Origin: Octopus sinensis
Taxonomy: Eukaryota
Assembly: GCF_006345805.1 (NCBI RefSeq)
Contig: NC_042999.1
Span: 109,802,001 to 109,866,000 of the forward strand
Direction of reading: 5' to 3'
Length of the DNA: 64,000 nucleotides
The notes under the pieces are model-generated. The model searched no databases, was not told the DNA's origin, and saw only the letters and a program-made list of their open reading frames with translations. Made by a program: the position numbers and the translations under genes. Positions within the stretch are counted from its first letter, which is position 1. Each line of letters starts with the position of its first letter. This document shows positions 38,441-52,054 of the stretch, piece by piece.

Positions 38441-41400
38441 AGTGGAGAAAGAAAGAGAGGGGAGAAAGTGAGAGAGAGAGAGGCTCTGCGTGGTCGCCCG
38501 AGCTGGTTTGAAGGAGCATCTAAATAAACGTCAAATCACAACTCCACCCTCTTTGAAACAGATTTAGTTGGATGATGTGGTCTCGGGTTCTCTACACAGT
38601 TACGTCCAGAGCGCCCTTAATCATTATTATATCGACTCAAAATCAGGGCAGACCTGGGATTGAACAACAGTAACAACAACAACAAGAATACACCTTTTGG
38701 TAAACTCAATATTTTAAATTAATCCAATGTATGGCCAAATTTTTAATTCTTCATATAAAAGAAAGTTACTATATGTGTGTGTGTGTGTGTGTGTGTGAAT
38801 GTGTGTATTTATGTATGGATGTATATATATATAGTTTGTCTTTAAGAATAGCAATATATTAACCCCTCAAATATTGATTGGAGAGTCACTCAATGCTTTT
38901 CAGTAGTGTATTTTTTTTTTATATATATAAAGGGGAAGATTGACAGTTATTGTCAATGTATACATATGCCTGCATGGTAAAATATATGTAATTACTTAAT
39001 ACACATAAACATATATTTATGGAACATTGATATATGTGTGTGTGTGTATATAGTAAATAAATACATAATATGTATATGCACCTAAATATATATTTATATA
39101 ACATTTTTGGTATTATTATATGTGTGCTGTGACTGTCAGTGCCCTGTTAGTGTGTGACTATTTCTCGATAAGGACGACGATGAAGAAATGAAATTAGCAG
39201 TCACATGTATTTGTGTTTCTGTTTTATGTAACACACCCAAAGAAATTGATTGAACGAAATGACACAGAAACCACACACATCAGCAATTTAACAGTTGTTT
39301 TTACATAATGGCTTGAGCAGACCTGGTTTGCATACCTACACATGTTAATGTATATGTGTGTGTGTATATAAACATGTGTCTCTGTGTGTATATATATATA
39401 TACACATATCTATCTATCTCTATATATATACACACACACACATATATAATATATATATATATTGATAGATAGATAGATAGATAGATAACACATATGTTCA
39501 TTAAATACATATATACCTTGACATAATTATTTAAGCTGCTTGAATAGCAACCAAACCTCCCTCAAATCAACTTATATCTTAAAGAAAAAGGAAGGACTCA
39601 ATGGATATTTTAATTTTAGATAAACTGTCTCAAAAAAAAAAAGTAAAGCGAAAAAAAACTACTGTTTATGGCTGGAACACCTTGACCATAGGTCAGCCTG
39701 ATCTGACTAATCTGGGTTACATTTATTCTACTCTTATATTTTGTGTGTATACATAGACACACTCACATAGGAAAGAGAAAAAAAAATCAAAACAGACACT
39801 TACTTATATACATTGAAAAAAAAAATCAGACAGGATTAATAAATACTTTGTAAATACATTGCTTCGGTTTTCTTTTTGATTCTTTTCCTTTTCTCTCGAG
39901 ATAGGCTGAATTTGTGTCAAATGGATATTTTAAACAGTCATGTATATGGAATTTTTGAAAATATATTTCAAGAGCTAAAAGGCTATTTCTAGGATATGGG
40001 AAAATTCTTCAAACATCCTTTGTTTCACTTCCTGATTATTTAAATTTTATTTTATTTATTTATTTATCTATTTATTTATTTATTTATTTTCGTTTTATTC
40101 TATAAGACAAGTTTTACTGTATCATTGATATAGAAAACAGTGGACAGGAAATGCAGAGGAACACTATAAGGGTCCATCAACTACAATTTTTAAAGCATGG
40201 AAATCAATTTAAAATATGAAAAAAAAAAGAAAAAGAAAAAGAAAAAAAGAAAACAAGCAGCAAATGAAAGAAAATTTAAATAAATAAATAAACTGCTATG
40301 CGTTATATTGCAGAAGTTGCTGTGTAGATTGAGCTAGCTGCGAGACAGAGAGAAAGGATGGTATATGTGAAAGGAGAGCCCCAAGAGAAACTTTAGCCTT
40401 TTATAATCTACAAACTGGGAGTAAAGAAAATTCAGTGATCGATTACTGAATTGCAAATTAGATTTCATTTTCCATTTGTGGTAGACATTTTCTTCAGCTC
40501 CCTTTTCTTCCTATTTATTATTATTATTATTATCATAATTTTTTTTTTTACCTTAAAAGAAAGTGAAGAGCTATAGGACTAAAATTGCTAAGAATTTGTT
40601 TGCTTAATTATTGTTAGTGAATGCAACAACTAAGAAGGTTAGCTAGAGCAATTATGCAGGTGAGAAGATACAAATGCAAACAGACAAAAAAAAACAATAA
40701 CAATAAAAGATTCTTAACAGCTGATAAATCTTTCTTCATTCTTTTCATGTTTTTTTCTCCCCTTATCTTTCAGTACTTTTCTTGACTCTTTTATTACAAT
40801 CCCTCTTCTCTTTTCTCTCTTTCTCTCTAGTTTAATCTTGAAATTCTGAAATTCTCTGGTCAAGAGACCATACCCTCCATTTCTTCAAAAACTATAAGCT
40901 ACACCAGCATAAAGAAACCACTTGAAAAAGTGAAGAAGAAAACTAGTCACGAACAAAATCAGACTCTTATTTGATATGGGTGATAGAACCAGCAGCACTG
41001 CATGCTGTGATGTCCAAAATTTGGATCTTGAGGTCAAACCAAGAATTTGGTGTTTGAGGTCAAAACGTATAGTCCCAATCTTCTTTTTATCTTACAATAA
41101 TTACTGTTGTGGATGTGGATGTGAGCGTGCAAGCACATACATACACATACAATTACAGCAACATTAATGTGAGGGATAATAGATGGAGCAAAGGAACATA
41201 AATGTAATACTATCCATTCAGAAGACACATTCTATGCGTATTATAAAGGAAAAGATGGAATCACGCATGGGGGAGGATAGCTATATAAACATAAGGAAAT
41301 AATTGGTTGATTACAAACTATTGACAAACGGAAGAGAATAGGTGGTTTGAAGCAAGCGTGGAGGTATAGAAGAGAATCAGTCTACAGCAATAACAATATA

Positions 41401-41565
41401 TATACATTTTTATATATGTGTGTGTGTGCGTGTGTGTGAGTATGCATGTGTGTGTGTGTATGTATGTATGTATGTATGTATGTATAATTTGTGTATGTAT
41501 ACATTAATTCATTGATGTATGCAGATGCAACATAACAAAAACACATCCACAATCCTTCTCTCTCT

Positions 41566-41608
<43 letters not shown>

Positions 41609-42041
41609 AATGCATATATATGTGAGTGTGTATTTATACATGTATGTATATGTGTGTGTGTGTGTATAAATACACACACATACACGCACATCTTAATGCT
41701 ATGTAAGGTAGTGAGATGGAGCGGTAACATTCTATCAATCCCTGAAGTATGAAATAGGTTCAAATTCAATAGACCTTTAACTTTCACAGCATCTAGCACT
41801 GGACTATAGAGATACTATTGAAACGAAGAGTCCTACTTATTGCCACTTCCCCCTGATCTAACTTCCCTTCACGATTTCTCCCTCTTTCTTCTTTTCCCTA
41901 CTTACATATATATTACACTGAATGACTGAAATGATTGCCACTTGTCTCAGCCCCTGGAAATGTTTTCTTCATACAATAACATAAAAAAAATAATAGGACT
42001 CCTTTTCGTCTCCAACAAAGTTACTGCTGATAATAATGATA

Positions 42042-42101
<60 letters not shown>

Positions 42102-42411
42102 TAATAATAATAACAATAACAATAATAATAATAATAATAATAATCCTTTCTACTAAAGGCACAAGGCCTGAAATTTGGGGGAAGGGGGACTAGTCAGTTA
42201 CCCCAGTGCTTCACTGGTACTTAATTTATTGATTTATTAATACCTGAAAGGATGAAAGGTGAAGTTGACCTTGGCGGAATTTGATCTCAGAACATAGCGA
42301 TGGGCAAAATACCACTAAGCATTTTGTCCAGCATGCTAATGATTCTGCCAGCTCACTGCCTTAATAATGATGATAATAATAATAATAATAATAATGATAA
42401 TATCAATAATG

Positions 42412-42745
42412 GGGGAGCATCATAGCCATGTGTTGAAAGGAATTCTTGGAGTTTTGGATAATCCACCTTTGGAAACATGGGGGGTTCGTTCAACATCCTT
42501 AAACAACCCTAATTCAGGGACCTTTTGAGCGAGATGGGTTACTCGACCAGAAGAAAATTCTAACTGGGCCCCACCTGCAAGGTCATGTGCTGTTTATCTT
42601 GATATGAGATCACCATGTCGTGCACATGTGGTTGTGATGCATGTGCCTAGTGTACCCTTATCAGACGGGTAGTCATGATGGGTATACTGGGCTTCGTATA
42701 TTTTACCCCAGTGTCACTTTGATGGCATGCACTGCTCTCTCACAT
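42412..42745 (+). mobile_element. GC-richer insert flanked by (AAT)n, probably a non-LTR retroelement end
   Basis: Sharp composition change with (AAT)n on both sides; single copy in the window and no ORF motif. Confidence 0.45.
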
Positions 42746-42758
42746 AATAATAATAATG

Positions 42759-42792
<34 letters not shown>

Positions 42793-43022
42793 TGATGATG
42801 ATGATGATGGTTTTAAATTTTTGTCTCAAGGCCAGCAAGTTCCAGGGAGAGCTCAATTAGTACTTATTTTATTGATCCTGGAAGAATAACAGGCAAAGCC
42901 AACTTTGGCAGACTTTGAGCTCAAAACATAAAGACATGTGAAATGCTGCTAAACATTTTGTCTTGTGTGCAATGATTCTACCAGCTTACTGCCTTAATAA
43001 TAAAAATCATTATTATGATATT

Positions 43023-43260
43023 AACAAGAGCACTCAGAGAGCACAAACCTCTGCCAAAGTAATAGCAACGTCCTCTCAATGATTAGCCAGTGATGACTTT
43101 TAAAATGAGAATATCTGAAACTCAACTGCTCTCACAAATGAGAATACTAAAAATGAACCTGACTGCTCTCAAAAATTAAGTTAAAAAACAGGAAAAATAA
43201 TCCAGAATCCTTGTCTGGTACCAGATCGATCTCAAAAATCTAATCAGTTCATGCCAGTTA
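43023..43260 (+). mobile_element. Possible Helentron/HINE-like non-autonomous fragment
   Basis: Starts AACAAGAGCACTCAGAGAG; internal short duplication (ACTGCTCTCA / AAATGAGAATA); AAAATCTAATCAGTT motif. Family assignment is from memory only. Confidence 0.35.
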
Positions 43261-44850
43261 TGATGCATCTTGTCTGGTGTGTTAATCAGATTGTTGCTGC
43301 TGGTTCACCACCTTGATGATTACAATAATAATGGTTTCATATTTTGGTACAAGTACAGCAAGTTCAAAGGAATGAGTAAATCAATTACATCGCCCCCTCC
43401 ACACTCCTGTGCTTAACTGGTGCTTATTTTATTGACCCCTGAGAGGGTGAAAGGTAAAGTTGACCCTGGTGGAATTTGAACTCAGAACGTTAAGATGGAT
43501 GAAGTACTGCTAAGCCTTTTGCCTGGCATGTTAATGATTCTGCCAGCTCTTCGCTTTCATAATCCTTTATACTATTGGCATAAGACCTGAAATTTTGGGA
43601 GAGGGGGCGGGGCTAGTCAATTACATTGCTCCAAATGCATAACTGGAACTTATTTCATCGACCCCAAAAGGATGAAAGGCAAAGTTGACCGTGGCAGAAT
43701 TTGAACTCAGAACATAAAGGCCAACAAAATACACCTAAGCATTTTGCCTGGTGTACTAACGATTCTGCCTGATCACCACCTTGCTCGTAGCTTTAATAAT
43801 ACTATTACTACTAATAATAATAATGACTGATTTTTAATTCGCTACAAGAATGATGAATGCAAAATCAAAAATACATATGCTGGATATAAAAAAAAAAAAA
43901 AAATATAACATATATGTCTCAAAAGAGGAGATAGTAACCAAGAGCAAAATTGGCTACTCAAATATGCTTAAATGCTTTTCAGACACTAGAGCAGAAGCAT
44001 TCTCCCTACTAGGAAATTACAAATGCTAAGTGAAATTGGAAACATCCAGCCTCACCACTATACTAGGCTCACTGCTCTCACACACCTTTCAGGAAATTAA
44101 CTGGAGGACAGCAATTTCTTCCCCACTCTTATCTTTCAAGTGGTTCAAGTTGGTGATTTTTTTATCTCTGGGCTAAGCTCTCATTAATCATATCTGTCAC
44201 ACAATCACTTTTGCTGTAAGTATCAGACAAAGGAAAAACTGTCCTCCCTTCATTAAGAAAGTTGTGTCACCATCTTAATGATCTCAACAATGAACTCATT
44301 TGACAGACAGTGCCATCCCATGTATCATAATAGCTATTCAACACAAATAAAGATAACATAGGCTCAGGGCCATTGATGTGTAGACATGCCCCATGCCTAA
44401 GAAGCTTGCTTACCAACCACATGGTTCCGGGTTCAGTTCCACTGCGTGGCACCTTGGGCAAGTGTCTTGTACTATAGCCTCGGGCCAACCAAAGCCTTGT
44501 GAGTGGATTTGGTAGACAGAAACTGAAAAGAAGCCCGTCGTATATATGTATATATATATGTATGTGTGTGTATATGTTTGTGTGTCTGTGTTTGTTCCCC
44601 CAACATCGCTTGACAACCAATGCTGGTGTGTTTACAACCCCGTAACTTAGTGGTTCGACAAAAGAGACCAAAGGATCTTCTCAGCTCTATGCTGTCTCTG
44701 CTCATCTACTAACTTTATGGAGAGCACTAGGTGCTTTTTTTTATCAGTGCACCAGCACTTGTGAGTTTCTTCTACTATATATATATGTATATATATATTA
44801 TATACATGATATATATATGCCCATCACTTACAATCGACTATGACTTGGCA

Positions 44851-44895
44851 TCTACTGATGAGCTCTTGGTGCTAACATAGAGCAGACACATCAAA
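44851..44895 (+). ncRNA. Degenerate minimal hammerhead-like motif
   Basis: CTGATGA (44855-44861), stem II GCTCT-12 nt-AGAGC, then AGACACATC, which could be a CpG-decayed GAAACGCGTC. Confidence 0.45.
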
Positions 44896-45746
44896 TATCT
44901 TCATGCTCTCAGCCTTTACACAATAGAACATGCAGATGACATCTGGGGAGACCAGCCCAGGGCTGATAATCCATGTATTGATATTGAAAGGATAAATATC
45001 AATACTCAAAACAGCAGGATTTGATTTTAGGATACAGAAAGCTAAACAGTTTCACCCTGCATTCCATCAATTGATCTAGTGTAGAAATGTGCATATATGT
45101 GCAATTTTATATCTGTGTGTGTTTGTGTGTTGTTGTTAATCTGTTGATTAAGCAAGAAATCATTGCTCACCTGTTTTACCTGATTGTCTGATGAGTTTGG
45201 AATTATATAAACACACATGCATTATCTACATAAAATATGCACAGTTATTCTACATACACACACACACAAATATACATATGTATCTATATATATCATTATG
45301 ACCATCATAATTAAATGCCCACTTTTCCATGCTTGCACGGGTTAGAGAAAATTTGTTGATAAATTTTCTATAGCTGGATGCTCTTCCTGTCACCAACTCT
45401 GATTTTATTTCTCCAGCCATGGTTTTCACAGACAACTGGATACAAACAACATTGCTTGATGATTTAGTGCTCGTTTACTACCATTGTGTGATGTCAAGAC
45501 AAGGGTATACACAGACACACATACATGTACACACAGTACATATACATATATACATATATGATGGACTTCTTTAAGTTCCCATTTCCCAAATCCACTTACA
45601 AAGCTTTAGTTGGCCCAAGACTAGAGTAGAAGACACTTGCCTAAGCTGCCATCCAATAGGACTGAACCCAAGGCAACATGGTTGGGAAGCAAGCTACTTA
45701 ACCACACAGCCACACATCTATATATGTGTGTGTGTCTGTCTGTCTG

Positions 45747-45777
<31 letters not shown>

Positions 45778-45889
45778 CTTCAGGGTGAGAGATATTGATT
45801 TTTCACAGTTATAATTGATTGATTTCTTTCATATAATTTATTAACGTAATCTCATATAGCTACTGAGGTGGATTGTTTAACTTGCTCCA

Positions 45890-45908
45890 TACTCACACAC
45901 ACATGCAT

Positions 45909-45943
<35 letters not shown>

Positions 45944-46113
45944 TAAGCATATATTTACATATATATATATATATATGCATGTGTATGATATATATATATT
46001 TTTATATGCTTGTATATATATACATATACATATATGTATACATATACATATATGTATACATATGTATATATATATATATATGCATGTATATGTATATATA
46101 GATATATGCATGT

Positions 46114-46148
<35 letters not shown>

Positions 46149-46258
46149 GCATGTATATGTATATATAGATATATACATATATATATATCATATACACACA
46201 CACATATATATATATATGCATGTATATGTATATATAGATATATACATATATGTAATAT

Positions 46259-46337
<79 letters not shown>

Positions 46338-46390
46338 GTATACACACACATCATATACATATATATACATGCATGTATATATGTATATAG
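45890..46390. repeat. Degenerate (TA)n/(CA)n microsatellite field
   Basis: Seen directly. Confidence 0.95.
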
Positions 46391-46719
46391 AAAGCAGAGA
46401 ACAGTTGAAGAAAATTATCTTCAATTTTATTATAATTTCTTTATTTATGGCATACACAGTAGAATCTTCTCATTTTTTAAAATTAATCTTTCTAGTTTAC
46501 CGTTCCTTCCTTCCCCCTTCATTGTCACCATCCAAAAGAAATACAGGCAAGCGTGCATGCATGCACACATATAAATAGATAATTAACCAGCCACACACAT
46601 TAGCACATGCACGCACGCATACACACATACACACTGCATAACCTAAATCAACTTTTGCATTTTTGAATAACAGTTCTTTATCAGAAATTTATTTTCATAA
46701 CTGCTTTCAAATGAGCCCA

Positions 46720-46733
46720 GTTGTTATGGCAAC
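46720..46733. promoter_or_regulatory. Candidate RFX X-box
   Basis: GTTGTTATGGCAAC matches RTHNYYWTRRNRAC and lies in non-repetitive sequence. Confidence 0.35.
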
Positions 46734-47187
46734 CAACTGCAAACAGGGATCTCCTGCATCAGCAGCAGTAAGCACATAAAATGCTATGCAATCCCTTTCA
46801 CTCATAGACAGCACTATTAGCCAGCTGCTTGAAAACTACTTTGATGACAATTTCATAGATATAAAGAAAGGAATTTTAAATCCCCTCCACACACGGATTT
46901 ACATTTTGTTTATTTATTCTTTAAAATATTTTTGGGGTAATTTATTATCATCATTAATATTAGCGAGACAGTTGAACAGGGGTAAGCTCTCAGCAAGCCT
47001 TGCCTGCGACCTGGTTTCCATTCTCCATTGTATTTATTTCCCTAATATCCCTAATGTTCAGCAGGGAGAAAGGAAAATAATCATGCAAGTCACACAATCT
47101 TATTATCACTCTCCTATAAATCTGACACTGAGTGCCTATGTAAAGAAATATTATTATCATGATTATTATTACTATTATTATTGTTAA

Positions 47188-48300
47188 TATTCTTTTCTAC
47201 TCTAGGCACAAGGCCCGAAATTTTTGGGGTGGGGGCCAGCTAAGATTGTCCCCCAGTATGCAACTGGTACTAAGTTTATTGACCCCAAAAGGATGAAAGG
47301 CAAAGTTGACCTCGGCGGAATTTGAACTCAGAACACAAAGACAGACGAAATACCACTAAACATTTCACCTGGTGTGCTAATGTTTCTTATTTCTTTATTG
47401 CCCACAATAGGCTAAACATAGAGGGGACAAACAAGGACAGACAAAGGGATTAAGTTGATTACATTGACCCCAGTGCATAACTGGTTCTTAATTTATCAAC
47501 CCTGAAAGGATGAAAGGCAAAGATGACCTCGGCGGAATTTGAACTCAGAACGTAAAGGCAGATGAAATACCACTAAGCATTTTGCCTGGCGTGCTAATGT
47601 TTCTGCCAGCTTGCCACCTTATTATTACTGTTATTACTGTTAGGGCAGTAAGCTAGCAGAACCATTAGCAAGCTGGAGAAAATGCTTAGCAGTATTTTGT
47701 CCATCTTAATGTTTTTAGTTTAAATGCCACTGGGGTCAGCTTTGCCTTTCATCTTTTTTTGCAGTTTATGAAATAAGTAGCAGTTGACCACTGGAGCTGG
47801 CTGTATCAATTAGGCCCTTTCTTAAAAAATTTCAGGCCTTAAGCCTATAGCAGAAAGGATTATTAGTGGCATTTCGTTCGTCATTATGCTCTAAGTTCAA
47901 ATTCTGCTGAGGTCGACTTTGCTTTTCATCCTTTCGGGGTCAATTAAATAAGTACCAGTTATACACTGGGGTTGATGTAATTGACTTAATCCCTTCCCCC
48001 AGATTTCAGGTCTTGTGCCTGCAGTAGGAAGGATTATTATTGTTATTATTAGGATGGTGAACTGACAGGATCATTAGCATGCCAAACAAAATGCTTAGTG
48101 GGGTATTGTCTGTCTTTATGTTCCGAGTTCAAATTCCAATGAGGTCAATTTTGCTTTTCACCCTTTTGGGGGTCGGCAAATTAAGTACCAGTCAAGTACT
48201 GGAGTTGATGTAATTGACTGGTCCCCTCTCCCAGAATTTCAGACTTTGTGCCTTTAGCAGAAAGGATTATTATTATCATTATTATTATTATTATTATTTA
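47188..48300. mobile_element. Five family A SINEs: two minus-strand copies followed by three plus-strand copies (head-to-head)
   Basis: Minus copies ~47190-47385 and 47385-47620; plus copies ~47640-47860, 47865-48035 and 48050-48270. Confidence 0.85.
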
Positions 48301-48958
48301 ACATAATTCTTCTATCACAGAAAGCAGTGATTAACAGAATTGGCTGGTGGGATAGACAAGAAAAAGAGTCTGTGCTGTTTAGTTTAACGTTTGAGTTCAA
48401 AGTTCACTGGCAATGGCTTTGACATTAAACTTGCTAGAGTAGATAAAATGGGTCCCAGTAATATACTAGTTTCAATTATAGATATTTCCTATCATTTTGA
48501 GAACTCTTGCCTTTATGTGTGTGTGAGAGAATGTATATATATATGTGGGTGTATGTGCTCTTGTTACATTTGACGTCGTCACATGAAGGCATTAAGCAAA
48601 AATGGTGGCATTTGTTGATATTCACTGCTGACAAATCATCCTGTGGCTCTGCACTTTCATAGGTGAATAGAATTAAGTGGAATAATCATTACTAGAAAAA
48701 CAAGTAAGAGTTAGCAACGAAAAACAGCAACCAGGTGTAAAACACTGCTTCAATGTGTACTAGGCGAACCCATGCTGGCATGGACAAATGGATATAAGTC
48801 AAATGCATATGTATGTAAATATGCATATATGCAAGCATGCATACATACATAAATATATACACATAAATATATATGTATATGTATGTGTGTGAGTGTGTTC
48901 ATATAAATATACTTACACACAAACATACATATAATGAACTATATATATATATATATAT

Positions 48959-49024
48959 ATATAGCGAACACGGTGTTTCTGGATCACAAACAGGGGAGTT
49001 TGAATTCCGTCATCAGCGCTATAT
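48959..49024 (-). ncRNA. Type I minimal hammerhead ribozyme embedded in (TA)n
   Basis: Minus strand reads ATATAGCG CTGATGA C GGAATTCAAAC TCCCCT GTTTGTGATCC A GAAAC ACCGT GTT CGCTATAT: 8-bp stem I, intact core, ~9-bp interrupted stem II and quasi-palindromic stem III. Confidence 0.8.
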
Positions 49025-49115
49025 TCAAAACCGGAGTGGCAAATATACGAATATATATATACACACATGTTTATATAAATATACTTATACATAAACATAC
49101 ATATAATTAGCTATA

Positions 49116-49119
<4 letters not shown>

Positions 49120-49170
<51 letters not shown>

Positions 49171-49263
49171 TATATATATGTATGTATGACAGATAGACAG
49201 ATATAGATAGGTAGATAGATAGATAGATAGATTAGATAGATAGATAGATAGATAGATGATAGA

Positions 49264-49299
<36 letters not shown>

Positions 49300-49305
49300 T
49301 AGATA
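49120..49305. repeat. (TA)n and (GATA)n/(GACA)n repeats
   Basis: Seen directly. Confidence 0.95.
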
Positions 49306-49818
49306 GCATCATCACTACCATTTAATGTCTATGTTCCATACTGACATGGGTTAGATGGTTTGATAGGATCCAATGGGTCCAAGGACTGCATTGTGTACCA
49401 ATGTCTGCTTTGGCATGGTTTCTACAGCTGAATGCCCTTCCTAACTTTAAATAAATATACGTATATTTTGGAACATCAACCAAATTTACTCACAATGCTT
49501 CATGAAAGAATCTCATAGATGTAAACTATATACTTGCACATATATATGTGTCTGTATTTGTGCACATGTATTATTGTCATTACATCATCATTATATTTTA
49601 GTGTTCACTTTCGCATGCTCGCATAGGTCAAACAGAATTCCCTGAGTTAGATTTCCTATGGCCTGATGCCTTTCCTGTCACCAACCCTCACCTGTTTCCA
49701 AGTAAGATAATAGTTAGATAATAGGCATATTTCATGCAGGATTGGAAGCACAGTACACTGCTTGTATGATGGTGACACTTATTCACAACTATCATGTGAC
49801 ATCAAAACAAGAAGACAC

Positions 49819-49871
<53 letters not shown>

Positions 49872-49992
49872 TAAAACAGGTTTGCTTTGGTTTGTGTCCA
49901 CCTAAATGACTTAGAGGGCTTTGGAACTATATTAGAAGATTTGCCCATGATGCTAAGCTGTAAGACTTAACAACAAAGCCATGTCTGCAAGC

Positions 49993-50023
<31 letters not shown>

Positions 50024-52054
50024 CATACACACAGACACACGTGCATACACATATATCATCATCTCGCATATATGTATAAAGTGCCAATATAATATGTAAT
50101 TTGCAGAGTCTCATTTGTAGAATATTTATCTATTATACTTGAACTTTTCCTATAATTGTGGTAAATATTATTTAATACAATATCCTCGAAGAAGCAAAAC
50201 CGAAATTATATTTACATTTATGTAGATATACGACCTTCTTTATATGTACACTGGTGAATATGTGTGCTTTTCTCTGATATGTGATTCATGCCAACATATG
50301 AAACCTAAAATGATTCCATGGATTATTTTGGATTTAAAATTCTCCTAATTGAAGTATAGCAAGGCAATTAGTTCCACAAACAAAATTACCATTCTCTAAT
50401 GACTGCTGAAAAATTTTCTTAAAATATGTATTCATACATCTTGAATTATACCATTTCTCTCTCTCTCTCTCACTGTATGTGTCTTGGCCTCTCTTTCTAC
50501 AAACATGTCTAAATATGTGTGTGCCTGTACAAATGTATGTACTTATATAAACACATGCACACAAACACATATGCATATAAATACATACATACACATCTAT
50601 GTGCGTGTATATTATTCTATGTCTTTTGTTTTATGCTGGTATATGCTCGATGGAAGCAATAATCTTTGGCTGGATGCTGCTTCCTGTTTTACTGTTTCAT
50701 ACTCCAACAACACAGTGTTGAAGGATGTGATGTTCACTAGGAACGTAAACACATCAAAACTGCATTCATTCAAACAATCTCATATGAGAAGTGGAAATGA
50801 CACCTCATATACTCACATACATACCCCCCCCCCACACACACACACATACACTCATGCAGTTTTTGTCAACTAATTTTTACTTACAAAGCATTGATGCACT
50901 TGGTGTAATCGCAGAAGACTCTTTCCAAGCTACTTCACAATGGGACTGAACTCAAGACCATGTGGTTGTGAAGCAGCTTTCTTAACTGTACAGCCACGCC
51001 TGCACCTACACAGCCATAAGTACATATTCTTTTACTCTTTTATTTGTTTCAGTCATTCATTTGATTGTAGCCTTGCTGGAGCACCACCTTTAGTCGAACA
51101 AATCAACCCTAGTACTTATTCTATCGGTCTCTTTTGCCAAACTGCTAAGTTATGGAGATGTAAACATACCAACATCGGTTGTCAAGTGATGGTGGAGGAA
51201 CAAACACAGACACACACACACACACACATACATACATACATACATACATACATACATACATACATACATACATACATACATACATACATACGCTGTTAAC
51301 AGCCAGTTTAAAACTTATCACAGGTTACACGAAAATAAGTTATTGGTTAAGAAATTCTACACAAGTACTGCATGTGAACTTGAAAGAAGATTGCATGAGT
51401 TTCTAAATCTCTCACTGAAAATGGACATTATTTGATTTTGGCTTGAAACTCGTAATGAAAAAAAAACCCATCAATAATATGTCTTGTGAGATATCTGGAT
51501 GTCAACTCAAGATCAGAAATAGTCTTCTATCCAATTTCTATCAAACATTGCTACTGCCCAAGAGATGCAATTAAAAATGCAAGTTATTTCTCATATGTGA
51601 AGTTACAAAAGATGATACCTGAGTGCTTTCAATTTAGCCAACATTATAATCTCAAGATGATGCTAAGAAAAATAAAAAAATTAAATAAGATAACAAACAA
51701 AATAACTCTGCAAAAAAATTAAAAAAAACATTTTCAAAAGCCTCACCGGTAAAAGGCTGTGCCACATGCATTCATTAGTGGCTGTTCTGAGAATGCCATT
51801 CTGCAATGTATTTGTGGAACCAATTAACTGCAGTTTCATTAAGTTGAAGATAATAACTAAATTCTATATATCAATTATTTTAAGGTATGATAAAAATATG
51901 TATATAAATAAATAAAATGGAAAGAAATAATATAAAATTTTTGAATCTTTATTTCAGTCTATGTGAAAATTTTGAAAATAAAAAATGTAAATGAAAAATA
52001 ACAAACAAAAAAATGAAAAACAAAAAGACTTCTAAGTAATGACAATAATGATAA

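Larger units (their letters stand above)
30100..38700. promoter_or_regulatory. CpG-retaining (putatively unmethylated) domain around a first exon
   Basis: CpGs are visibly more frequent than in the flanks, and repeat copies inside keep CG where outside copies show TG/CA. Judged by eye, not computed. Confidence 0.6.
42030..43800 (-). mobile_element. Cluster of four family A SINEs within (AAT)n tracts
   Basis: Copies at ~42142-42365, 42808-43000, 43330-43560 and 43560-43785. Confidence 0.82.

Noticed and set aside
47188-48300. CRISPR-like repeat-spacer array
   Set aside because: Units are ~200-bp diverged SINEs in a eukaryotic context, with no cas genes.
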